NCBI RefSeq assembly: GCF_964204645.1
Contig: NC_134033.1
Location: 14,392,655 to 14,456,654 of the forward strand
Source of the DNA: Tubulanus polymorphus
Taxonomy: Eukaryota; Animalia; Nemertea
Direction: 5' to 3'
DNA: 64,000 bases
Numbering within the stretch: position 1 is the stretch's first letter; each line of letters starts with the position of its first letter. This document shows, piece by piece, positions 14,126 to 38,398 of this stretch. The position numbers and the translations under genes are program-made. Below the pieces are notes generated by a model, which saw nothing but the letters and a program-made list of their open reading frames with translations, ran no database searches and had not been told where the DNA came from.

Positions 14126-14316
14126 TAGCAAGCGGCCGAATTCATCCTCCCCAGAACAACGAGAGTGAAAATATTCGACAAAATCGCCAACACAGTGACC
14201 GGTCCGTAGAATGCTAGATAGATGAGAACGCTAAATTTGTAATCCCATCTTTCGTTCGATTCCCACTTCAACCATTCTAAACACCAGTTGCGACTGAAAA
14301 CTGTTGACTGATTCAT
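14126..14316 (-). pseudogene. 5' fragment (N-terminus to start of TM2) of a third copy of the GPCR
   Basis: MNQSTVFSRNWCLEW...RMNSAACY, then homology stops abruptly at ~14126. The upstream non-coding DNA (14317-14530) also duplicates 13446-13660. Confidence 0.85.
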
Positions 14317-14965
14317 TTAGATTTTAACTCAGTCCCTTCGATCCAGTCAATTTTCCTTCCAAATCCTGTGTAGACGAATCACTTGGATGTTCATATTATG
14401 TGCATTATCGTGTTTTGGTGGCCGCGAGCTGTTTGCGGCACTAATTCAATTTCATGTAATTCATTTCAGAAACCTTCACGTAAAGCATATGTTTCTTTTA
14501 TTAAAAACTGATTACTGTTTTAGATGCAGATCGTACATAATATTGTACGTATGCCTTTCGTTCTATTCCTGTATGTCGTTTTCGTTTATCTCTGTCTGTG
14601 GGTGACTATTTCCGTTATATCTTCCTCGCCTTTACTCGTGGAACATCCTACCCTAACAAAATCACCATTGAAGGGATATTAGACTCTACCTGATGAAAAT
14701 CAGGAGTATGTAGAACCCGTCCCGAGTAAAAGAAAACCAAAGTCAGAAATAAAGAAGAATAACTCGTGTTTTCAGACGCTGCTATGAAGCATATTGATTT
14801 TGCTACATGCATATATCATGAATTTTATTTTTACATTTAATTGCGCATTTGATAATTATTTGCCTCACAAATTGCAAAAGCATTATGCGCAGGTAATATA
14901 GTAGTATATCATAAGGAATCTAAAAGAAAACGACTTTCTTATAGTCTTGTGGATGCGCTGTGTAT

Positions 14966-27878
<12,913 letters not shown>

Positions 27879-29190
27879 GTTACCGCTGTTAAATTACTGA
27901 AAGTGGTGAAAAGGGTATAACTCGAATTGCCTTGTGTATATTTCCAAAAATGACGATTTCTCTATGGAAATGTGAAGTGTTCAAATTCAAGATAATTATT
28001 ATTCGATATAGTTTTATATCTCAAAAAAAGTATTTTCTCGAATTTCGAAGTGATCTGATTAATTTCATTCCTAGATGATCGTTATTTTACTTAAGTTGTT
28101 TTCGGGCCAATTTTCACTCGTTTTCGATATATACATCTACATTTCTTACTGGTTTTAAACGCACATTAATGCGCCCCAATTGGTTAATTACCTTTATTCA
28201 CTCAAACACCGAATTATCCAAAAATAGAAGATCCCATAATTTCAAGATAGAAATCAACGAAATAGAAAATCAGCTTTCGCACTCACCTGTTTAGTGAAAA
28301 TTGTCGTATGGCTGTAAGTTGTGGTCAAACAGAATGAACAGATCCTCGAGACCTGACGTCTTTTATCGCCGTGCCAATTAACCGTAAATACACTTGAATA
28401 TCGTTTATGAACGTGATCAAGTAGTCGTCGAAACAAAAAACCATTTTAGCATTATATCACATCGATTCGATAAGCATCGATTCATCGATATTCGAGAGTT
28501 TCAATTTAGTTTACGCAGTATATGAATGAATTGCTTAATATTTCCGCGCGCTTGATAACTGCGTAGTGCGAAAAGGGGGAAGCCTCAAAATTCGGTTGTA
28601 CGTAGGGAGGGTGTAGGGGTGCGCAACAACCCCCCTTAGATGTCAAGTTGCCTGAAATGTCACGAGTAAATGAAAAATGTTTAACTGATACTCAAAAAAG
28701 TTTAAATCCATTCAGTTTGTATATACTCTGTATCTGCCAAACAAGAGTTAACGTTTCACGATGAGCTTTCTTTCAGGAAGCCCTCTTTATCATATGATGT
28801 GCCCTATTTTGGGGTGCATCTCTCCCTGAGCCAGACCTTAGATCAGCTCCTGATTGACACACAAACATTTTGCTATAATAGTTGATGCTAACTTTTGAAC
28901 GAGTTTTGATAACTAGATTATTGTAGGGTCCGATCGGTGTATAGGTTCGGGCTGTATATTTTCTGAAAATAGTGCATTGCTTTTTGCTCAAACGAACGAT
29001 GTTCAACCACTTTTCCCCACTTACACCTATAGGGAGCGAATAGTTATAAAAGTTATATGTGTATATGAGTAGCATGTGAAGTGTGCGCACGACAGCGCGC
29101 AATAGATGTGTGCTTGCGCGCACACTGAAGGCAAATGGCTCGGATTACAAGGTGGGAGTTTGTGAGAAAGATGGAAGAGCGTTTAGTTGC

Positions 29191-29550
29191 TGTAACTAAA
29201 ATATCAGGACAAATAAGGGATGGTTAGCGTAGTACAGGACGGAGTATAATGGAAGTAGCAGGGGTTGAACATACCAAAAAGGATATAAAAGGTTATGAGC
29301 GTGTGAGGTCATGGTTTAGGAATGTGAAAAATGTACATATTAGTATATAAGTCTACGGTTTTTGGTTCAGGGGGAGTAAAAAAGAGAGTTGGAAGATAAG
29401 CAGAAGAATGTAACTACATAGGAAGAGAAAATAAAGAAATGCTTGATGTGTTGTAGTAGATATCTTCATAAGAAGGAGGCAGGTCAGCGAAAGGAACCAG
29501 TTACATAGAAGATCCAGCAGCGCAACATTAGTGAGAACAAATCCGTGACA
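29191..29550 (+). mobile_element. Possible solo LTR
   Basis: TGTAAC...GTGACA ends, internal TATAAAAGG (~29284) followed by AATAAA (~29430), purine-skewed composition. No TSD was found. Confidence 0.35.
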
Positions 29551-29986
29551 CAACACACCATAGATATACGTTTCGCCATTTATCAGCCAAAATCTATAAT
29601 ACGTGGGCACATGTCCCTTTTTGGTGCGAAAACGCTTTTCAGTTATAGGATATCAATTTCTCTTGAATTCATTAGTTCGCAACAGATGCGTTTTTCCGAA
29701 GCGGCTGACTTAATTGTGTTTGTGAGACAAATAAACCTTTCGAATTGAAACCAATTGCGGCTATAATTAGTTTTGAATTAAAGTCGCAAGTTCCACTTCA
29801 GAGTCACATCGATCAAGGACAATTATTTCGACGGCAATTACCTCAAAAACACAATTCTTCAATTGTTCATAACGTCTCCAACTGCTGTTGTCATATTCAT
29901 GTCCAGGTGCATTTGCCTCTACCACTTGTGCAAATGTCACTTAAATTCTGTTTTAACTATTGAGCTTTTTTCATCATTGAATTTTC

Positions 29987-30181
<195 letters not shown>

Positions 30182-30288
30182 TTTTTCTCCAGTAGTAAGT
30201 TTGAATCGGCAAACTAGCAGCATAAAGATTCGCGATTGATTAATTAGATGAATAGTGTGATCAGTGTATATGTATATTTATATTTCAG

Positions 30289-31077
30289 TATTGGAAGACG
30301 GATTTCTCTAGTAGGACTTAATGCTATAACTGGTTTAGTGTTGATAGCTGCGACGTTCTGTCCTGAAATGATCGGTACGTGTGTAGATAAGCTTGAAACT
30401 TTATTTGCCAGTTTTTTTTTATTTTGAAACGCTAATATTGATGACGTAGTTCACATCGACTCACACAGAAAACATCTATTTGCAACGGTTTTTACGACGC
30501 TAAAATTGCTAGCGTTACATCTTGTATTTCTAGGCGAGACGAATCTGGTTCCGTTAGTAATGACGTTTAATACCATTGGGAAATTCTGCTGCACGGCAGC
30601 TTATGGTACTATCTATATCCATACCAGTGAACTTTACACGACTAACTTCAGGTGAGATTTTACACTAAAAAACTTAGAGAGAAATTCAAAATGTTCTAGT
30701 TATTAATCAGATCTATATTTCACAGAAACCGCGCCGTGGGTATTGCTTCAGCATTTGCCCGAATAGGCTCTATGACATGACAGCACCATTCGCCGCTTAT
30801 TTGGTAGGTCTTTGAAAACCTTTTACATTTTCAATCCTGTAGTAACTTGTTTATTCAAAAATTCCACCTAAGGATTGATTTGTTTCAGGCTCAATTTATA
30901 TATTGGTTGCCGGGCGTGATTATCGGGTGTATTGGACTGGTTACCGCATTACTCGTGTTACCCTTACCGGAAACTAGAGATCTACCGATGCCCAAAACTA
31001 TCAGCGATGTCGATCGACCCGAAAACAACGCGATCAATCAAACTATCAATATGAATGAACTGCAACTAATGTGTTAA
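30289..31077 (+). pseudogene. 3' remnant of an SLC22 organic cation transporter-like MFS gene; exons 30289-30374, 30534-30651, 30726-30803, 30889-31077
   Basis: Contains IGRR, GKF...YIHTSELYTTNFR, AVGIASAFARIGS and LPETR..PMP.TI.D, typical of SLC22 TM9-12. A 5-bp duplication (ATGAC ATGAC, 30772-30781) creates an in-frame TGA and a frameshift. No upstream exons were recognised between 27900 and 30289. Confidence 0.8.
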
Positions 31078-31264
31078 AGGCAATCCATCAAAACGCGCGT
31101 CGATAACTTCCCAAATAAAACTTGAAAATTAATACAGCCTGTTGGAGCTAAAACAGAGAATAAACTAAACACTAGAAAATAGGTCGTACATTACATTGTA
31201 GCCGTTTTATTCGACTAGATTTTCAATTCCTTGAAGACTTAGTGAAATATCAGACACAATAATC

Positions 31265-31538
31265 TTAATTAGGACAACATGTTCCCATAAAAGCACCACA
31301 ACAACTTTCGTCCAAACCCATGAACCAATATGTTCCTGGGCTCCCTCTGCATTCGCACGATATACCTCTCTTTTCAATCTGAATTTCTGTAAATAGATTA
31401 AACGCCACTTTGATTAAACTTGTAAATTAGAATAAAATTCACGGGTTGTTAAAAACCAAATTCAATACCTTCAGTTGCCGCGATAGCTCCAACGACCATA
31501 AACAAGGCCAACGCGATGAACAGGGTTTTGGTAAACAT
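31265..31538 (-). CDS. 63-aa secreted Cys-rich peptide precursor, APETx/BDS-like (beta-defensin fold) toxin or antimicrobial peptide; coding exons 31538-31469 and 31386-31265
   Basis: Spliced translation MFTKTLFIALALFMVVGAIAATE-EIQIEKR-GISCECRGSPGTYWFMGLDESCCGAFMGTCCPN*. The intron is phase 1, GTATTG...TTTACAG; an acceptor TTCAG lies just before the ATG; AATAAA is at 31211-31206. Confidence 0.85.
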
Positions 31539-31687
31539 TCTGAAATTGAATCAGAAATGTCCATAATTTCTCCGCTGAGTTACTACTACGACAATGAAAT
31601 AGTTTGAATATTTTTCTTTTCAATCCTTTAAGTTATTAGAATTGGATCCTGATTTTGAATTTGATTAATCGTGATCATAATTCATGT

Positions 31688-32586
31688 TAGTTATAGGGTA
31701 TATGTCTTTCTATACCAGAGGTCGAGAGGTCGAGCTCATAAAAATAAAGATAAATTCTCACAGTCGCTCGAATTTATCTTTATTTTTACTCACTCGTCCC
31801 CTCAACCTCTGATATGAAAAGACATATACCCTATTACTCTAATAATTTCATATATATGAACTTTATATAAATGAATATCATATATATGTGAATCAATTTT
31901 AATAAAAACATGGAAATGGAAGAATTAAAAGAATATAGAAAGTAACGAGTAATTAACGATTTGATGAAAATATAAAGTTTGATTAAAAAAATTCCTATTA
32001 AATGAAAGAACAAATACTACATTTCAAAGATATTGATTTACATGAATTAGAAAAATATTTTAGAATTAAAAATTTCATTCCTATTAAAGATTTGATTAAA
32101 ACTGCACGTTTTCGTTTTCAAGTGAATAATATTACTGAATTAAAGTTTAAAAATCATTATCTAATGATAGAGTTATCGAATGATCGAATGATCGAAAGAT
32201 AGCATCTTATTCAATACAATAATTCCAAAATTCGCAACATTTGATGAAATAGATAAACATTTAATAATTACTGATGAAAAACAATCACTTTTAAATAATG
32301 AAAATTCAGATAAATCATTATTTATACACTAACGTTATTGCCCTTTCAGAGAATGTTATGTAATGTTTTTCAGATTACAAGAAAAAAGGTTTATCCCAGA
32401 CATTCCAAATGAAAAATCATTTAAAGATGTGGGAATTCAATGTAACTTAGACAATAAAATTGTTACAACTAAAAAGAAATATGAACCTAATGAAAAAGCG
32501 TTATGTAATTGTGGAAAAAATTATACTCGAAGCAATGAATCACATGATTCATACTCTGGTATGAAAAGACATATACCCTATTACTC
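31688..32586. mobile_element. Non-autonomous DNA transposon, Sola2-like (GAG-type termini, 4-bp TSD), with an internal extra right TIR
   Basis: Left TIR (T)AGTTATAGGGTATATGTCTTTCTATACCAGAG. Right TIRs CTCTG(A/G)TATGAAAAGACATATACCCTATTACTC end at 31839 and 32586. ATGT flanks the outer ends at 31684-31687 and 32587-32590. Confidence 0.7.
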
Positions 32587-32963
32587 ATGTTGTTCGTTGC
32601 CACTGGTGCTAAATAAGTTCCGGCGTGCCTGCTTGGCACGGGGACGGGACACATTTTCGGCCAAACCGATCGCGGTGATTTACGTGTGACAGTGTGTCTC
32701 GTATCGGCAATCAAACCCGGACCAGGACCAGGTCCGAACCAGTTTGACCCGCCCCGGACCAATTCTTCTCCGCATGGTCGAAGCCTCCCACATTTCATCG
32801 TTCTCTAGTCGATTGTACGCGCAGTGGTCAGCATTTTATACATCTCGGAAACATCTTAAAATTGGTAGTTTCTACTTTTTACCCCATTCTTTACCTCGTA
32901 TCATGAAACTGCTTGATCGACGATGAGTTTTTTTACCTTGTTACCGGTAGTTTATTGTCTTAC

Positions 32964-33018
32964 CTGAGTTTTTAGCTTCAGAACAATTCCCTACCAAAAT
33001 AAATCGATCGGTTTTATA
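32964..33018 (-). promoter_or_regulatory. Putative TATA box and short non-coding first exon of the Cys-rich peptide gene
   Basis: Minus-strand TATAAAA at 33018-33012 and a strong donor CAG|GTAAGA at 32964/32963. The coding exon at 31539 begins with an acceptor, so an upstream exon is required. Confidence 0.5.
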
Positions 33019-33370
33019 CAGTCTACTGCAGTATTTCGTAAGCGGCTTTCAAAATTGAATATTTATCAAGTAATTTTTTCGTGCCTCATTTTAATATGAA
33101 CATGTATATTCTCATTTTACGACCCGAGTGTTAATCTGAATAGCACGAATTAATGATTTTTACGGTCGTCTCGTTGAGGTAAAAAACAATAATGACAAAC
33201 ATTGGCAACAACGTTTTGGACACATTGGATTTCAAGTCAATTTCAAGATGCTGAATACAGAGGAGACGCGGGAATCTTCTAGGTTCGGACCCTTTCCCAC
33301 TGGTTTTGGTGGACGCATAAACAACAGAAACGCTGAATATCCTGAATAAAATCTGATATGGCGACAAGAC

Positions 33371-34788
33371 GAAGAAAACTAACTAGTTTTGATGCCTACA
33401 CACATATTGCTTAATACTGTCGACAGAAAAAGGTGGTGGTAATCAGATACATATCAAGGATCATTTAAGTCATTTTAGATTTGAATATGTCAATAATTGA
33501 ATTGAATAAAACGGTAACCAGTCTAACCCCGATATATTGATGACGTAGCACACACATCCTCACAAAATTAATCATCAAAATTTATCAACAAGAAAATTAA
33601 CTTTAATAAATTATTGAACGCCTGCGAAAAAATGTAGAATTTCTGGGATAAGCTAATGTGGAATTGCATAATTGAAATCGAAGTTTTAAGAAATTTGGGG
33701 AATTATGAGATTTGGCGATTGAGTAGATGATACAGTCTTCGACTGGTCTAATTTTAAAAAAATTGTCAACTTGTGACCGACTTCGATTCACTTTTGCCTC
33801 TAAGCTGGTCTGCAACGTCAGTTCCTTCATGGTTGAAGAAAGAGCTCTTCTGGTGTCTGCTTCATCATGACTTTGAGCATATCGTGTAGCCAGCCGGCCT
33901 GGTCCCGGGGCCCGGTTTGGCTGTCACTCGATATCCTAGACTCGAGTCTGAGTGGAAGTAGACATTGTCATTTAAATAACTTATTCATGTTATTCTGTAT
34001 GAATTACCCGTGTGACTTGTATTTTGTATTTTCTTATTTTAAAATTTGTAACTTTATTGAATTTGGGAATATTATCCCGGAATTTCAATGTAATAAGGAT
34101 CAATAAAGTATTGAATTGAATTGATATCCTTATACACATGCCATCAGTGGACGCGGAGCCGTATATGACAGCTATGCTATTATAAATTGCTAATCTCATG
34201 AAACCTGCATACCCCTAATATCGAACATATTTTCTAGAACATTTGAATATTGAAATTATATGTTTACACGTTTTTATATAGACCGCTTGTAGCAGCCGCC
34301 GATGAAATTCACACCGGCCCTACACAGATCATAGATAGCTTCGTCATTCCACTAGCATCCCCATGTCAGGGTCTGACTTTTATATCAGACTTCCAAATCG
34401 TGTATACATCCGCCATTTAACCGAATAATCCGATTTACTTATCATTTCTATTTATGCCTGCCGCTCCTGATATAATCATACTTCCTTTACTATAACAATA
34501 CGTGTTTCTATATTCAACGCAATATAACATTTCGACGTTCAAATAGAGGTCATTATATAAGACGCTGTAACAAGAAAACTAACTAGTTTATTGAAGCCTA
34601 CACACATATTGCTTAATACTGTCGACAATAAAACGGTGATATTAATCAGATATATATCAAGGATCATTTAAGTCATTTTAGATTTGAATATGTCAATAAT
34701 TGAATTGAATAAAACGGCAACCAGTCTAACCCCGATATATTGATGACGTAGCACACATCCTCACAAAATAAATCATCAAATTTATCAA
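33371..34788. repeat. Two ~220-bp direct repeats (33371-33590 and 34572-34788) of a dispersed repeat family
   Basis: AAGAAAACTAACTAGTTT...GGATCATTTAAGTCATTTTAGATTTGAATATGTC...CCCCGATATATTGATGACGTAGCAC occurs in both. Related pieces lie at ~4075-4270 (inverted), ~30420-30500 and ~34850-34910. Confidence 0.85.
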
Positions 34789-34970
34789 AAATAAAAGCAG
34801 ATTTATGGAATATGTTTAGTTGAAAAATAAATGCCAAAATTTACAATTAATTGTTATTTTAAAAACACCAATATTGATGACGTAGTGCACATCGACTCAC
34901 ACAGAACCCTTCATATAACCAGGGAGGTGGGAGTCACTCCCACCTCTGTATAATGCATACATGTACTAGG

Positions 34971-35152
34971 TATCCTGGTTGTCGATAATTCGTGAAGACC
35001 TAGCCCTTGTGGACATAGAACCTGATCTTAAGTTGACGCCAAGCGAAACGCTAACTATCACGGAGGAACTTGCTGTAGACCGCGATAATTGGTAATACTT
35101 GTACGTCACATCGTGACGCTGCGGTGTTGGTGATGTCATAGAAGAAGAAGAA
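34971..35152 (+). mobile_element. 5'-truncated RTE-clade LINE insertion
   Basis: Encodes WLSIIREDLALVD...EELAVDRDNW, resembling the RTE ORF2 C-terminus (W...I..D...A.DR..W). It has a (GAA)n tail and an 8-bp TSD GTACTAGG at 34963-34970 and 35153-35160. Confidence 0.8.
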
Positions 35153-36223
35153 GTACTAGGCATCAAAAGAAAACATTATCGTAACGGTTTTTACGGCGTC
35201 AAAAAACAGGAGACAGACAATGACTATAGACGCCAGAGGCTGTGAAAATCAGATGTATCATATATAGGTGAAATGAAAACACGGTGAAACACGTGTCGCG
35301 TTAAGCCTCGATGCTTTATTATACCGAGAAAATCGCTTGAAAATCGCACTCAATCGGATTCATGCGACCATAAATCTAAACTCAGTTTTTGTCGCGAGCA
35401 ACCTGTTACCATTAAACTAAACTAAAATTGATGCCAATGGCGCTTTGGGCATGGGTAAAAAAGTATGATGGTATCCGAAATGACAACTTCCAGTCACAAT
35501 TCGTCGATGTCAAGCCAATCTCAATACAATAAATCAATTCCTTTCCATCAGATTTTGACAGAAGCCAAGACGAACCTTTTTTGGATCTGTAGTTTATAGT
35601 CCTAGCACTGTGCACAGTAAAACATGCAAAGATTTGCGCAAATTACTTCAGTACCGGCAGACGCCAAAATAGCAATCGATAAAGATTTGAAATTGTTGTT
35701 AGTTTCATCATCACCTATGAAAATGTGTACATGTTCTACATTCTGCGACGCGACGCGTTTGGTCCGGGACACATTTTGGCACGCAACATAAACTTAACTG
35801 CAACTGGTTTCGGAAATAACTCACTTCGCTTTGTATGAGCATTGTTTATTGTTTAGTATCGAGTGAGTCCTTTGCACATGAGCCAAACCGTCTCCGTTTG
35901 ATGCGGCTATTATTTTGTATATAAATTGGAAAAAACTATGGATCTCGCCTGAGTCACATGGCGTGTACATGTTATAGATAGTTCCAAAGTCACAACCATG
36001 CGCTTCAGTCAAAACTAATTGATTATAGTCTATGTCAGCTTACTGTATGTATTGCGCTATATTGTCTATCGATCAATACGTATAGAGTATACGTATGTGG
36101 CGTAGACCTACATTACTGGTATATTGAACCTGTACTGTATAACGATATAATATAGAGGCTAGTACTGCAAACGCTGTATCGAATGTCGCTAGTGCTTTTT
36201 GCAAACTCCGATATTCGAACGAG

Positions 36224-37729
36224 ATGTTGTTTTTGTTGTTGGATTTACTAACTGCGCAGAATGTTCTACTATGCGCGGTCATAACGTTGTTCGCGGTATT
36301 CTGCGGGATGCGCATAATGCCAAGAAGATCCGGCCCATTGAATTTACCGCCGGGGCCTATTGGCTATCCGCTGGTCGGTAATCTTCTATCGTTTACGTCT
36401 CCGGATGAGCTGAACGAGCGCGTGCGAGAACTGAAACACGAACACAACTCGAACATCGTATATATGAATATGGCCGGTCAAGGATTAATTATCTTGTACG
36501 ACATGGATGCCATCCAACAGGCTTTCCAGGTCCAGGGGGACGAATTCGATTCTCGTCCGCTGAGCATGTTCTACATGAAGCTGATAAACTACAAAGGTTT
36601 AATCGGTTCGTCGGGGTCATTGTGGAAGGAGCAACGTCGCTTTGCTTTGCGCACTCTTAGAGATTTCGGGATGGGAAAGTCGGCGTTGGGGGAAAAGATA
36701 GCGGAGGAGACGTACCATTTCATATCAGAATTGGAAAAACACGGCAGGAAACCATTCCAGATCTCGCTATCGATAGACGTGGCTATTAGCAATGTTATAT
36801 GCGCTTTAACGTTCGGCAGGCGTTTTCACTACGAAGATGAAAAGTTTCGGTACCTTAACAAACTCGTACGCGATAACCTGACGTACTTGGGCAGGAGTAC
36901 GATACTGAACTACGCGCCGTTTCTTCAACACGTGCCGTTCGACATATTCGGATTTAAACAAATCACGCAGAACATCGAAGAAATATGCGAGTTTTTCAAA
37001 CTGAAAGTTGACGAGCACAAACGGAACTTCGACGAGAACAACGTCGAAGATTTCATAGACGCGTTTTTGGCCGAACAGAAACGAGGCGACGGAGAAGGTT
37101 TCACCGATCAACAGCTGTATTACGTCATCATGGATTTGTTCGTAGCTGGTTCGGAAACGTCGGCGTCTACGTTACGCTGGGCAGCGCTACTGATGACGCT
37201 TCATAACGACGTTCAACGTAAAGTCCAAGCTGAGCTCGACGACGTTGTACCTCGTAGCCGTAAACCGAGCATGTCTGATCGGCCTAAGCTTCCCTACACG
37301 ATGGCTGTGCTACACGAGATACAGAGATTCGCCTCGGTCGTACCGTTTGGCTTGCCGCATTCGAACCCGTACCCGACTCGCTTATTGGGTTACGATATCC
37401 CAGCCGACACCGTTTTGGTGGCGTCTCTGACGGACGTCCTGCAAGATCCGAACGTTTGGAAACATCCAAACGATTTCAACCCCGAGAACTTCCTAGATGA
37501 CCAGGGCCACGTGATTAACCAGAGCCGAAGTATTCCGTTTGCGTTAGGCAAACGGGTTTGTCTAGGCGAGTCTCTGGCACGCGAGGAATTGTTCACCTTC
37601 TTCACGGCGATGTTGCAGAATTTCGAATTCTGCGTCGACGAAACTAAACCGACACCGACGCAGAAAGCACATCGCGGAGTAGTGGACACGCCTGATAATC
37701 ATTTCGTGGTTCTTAAGAAACGGGACTGA
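36224..37729 (+). CDS. Cytochrome P450, clan 2 (CYP2-like), single coding exon, 501 aa
   Basis: N-terminal anchor followed by PPGP, WKEQRRF, AGSETS I-helix, EIQR, FNPENF and the heme motif FALGKRVCLG. Confidence 0.95.
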   Translation: MLFLLLDLLTAQNVLLCAVITLFAVFCGMRIMPRRSGPLNLPPGPIGYPLVGNLLSFTSPDELNERVRELKHEHNSNIVYMNMAGQGLIILYDMDAIQQAFQVQGDEFDSRPLSMFYMKLINYKGLIGSSGSLWKEQRRFALRTLRDFGMGKSALGEKIAEETYHFISELEKHGRKPFQISLSIDVAISNVICALTFGRRFHYEDEKFRYLNKLVRDNLTYLGRSTILNYAPFLQHVPFDIFGFKQITQNIEEICEFFKLKVDEHKRNFDENNVEDFIDAFLAEQKRGDGEGFTDQQLYYVIMDLFVAGSETSASTLRWAALLMTLHNDVQRKVQAELDDVVPRSRKPSMSDRPKLPYTMAVLHEIQRFASVVPFGLPHSNPYPTRLLGYDIPADTVLVASLTDVLQDPNVWKHPNDFNPENFLDDQGHVINQSRSIPFALGKRVCLGESLAREELFTFFTAMLQNFEFCVDETKPTPTQKAHRGVVDTPDNHFVVLKKRD

Positions 37730-37854
37730 AAACGCTTTAAAAAGGATTGTATAATCTTTTAAATGTAGTGAATATGGTGCTTTCGTATTCAGCCGTGAAA
37801 AACAAAAAATAAATCAAATCTCATTTAAGTACAAATATTTTAATAAAACTTATG

Positions 37855-37960
37855 GATCCAGTTCCACAGTCGTAAGTTAAGATCTGACTCAGAATTAACT
37901 CATTGAAAATGAACTGAATTTAACTCAGTTAGCCCTAACGTAGAATTGTGGAACTGGACC
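37855..37960. mobile_element. ~106-bp MITE (Tourist/Harbinger-like), 3-bp TSD
   Basis: GATCCAGTTCCACA...TGTGGAACTGGACC, flanked by ATG on both sides. Related GTGGAACTGG ends occur at ~18238-18250 and ~26185-26198. Confidence 0.65.
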
Positions 37961-38398
37961 ATGATCACTGGCGGTTTTATCTAAAGCGATGTGTTGTTTA
38001 ATTCCAGTTTGTATTGGAATAATGATAATTAATTATGTCAGCTCGAAACATATTGCTAAAACGAAACACTATAACTTGTCTAAAATGCAAAGTTACTTCC
38101 GTCGTTGTGAATAAATCGTTTTATATCCGACAGTGTAATAAAATTTCTATTTAACGGTCACTAAACCGTTATCGCACGCTCTCTGGATTATCACACAGAC
38201 CGTCTGTCAATGCCGGAACCACATTGTCTACTTCCGCTGTTAGAATTTCTGAGTTCATTTCATAAGTTAACAAAACAGAATAATCCAATCCCGAATAAGC
38301 TCTAGGGCGAATAGAAGCGTTTTAAAGATCCTCAGCTAATTTAGCTCTACTTTATTTCTAATTCTTTTCTGATTGTGAATACGAAATTGCTACGGAAC

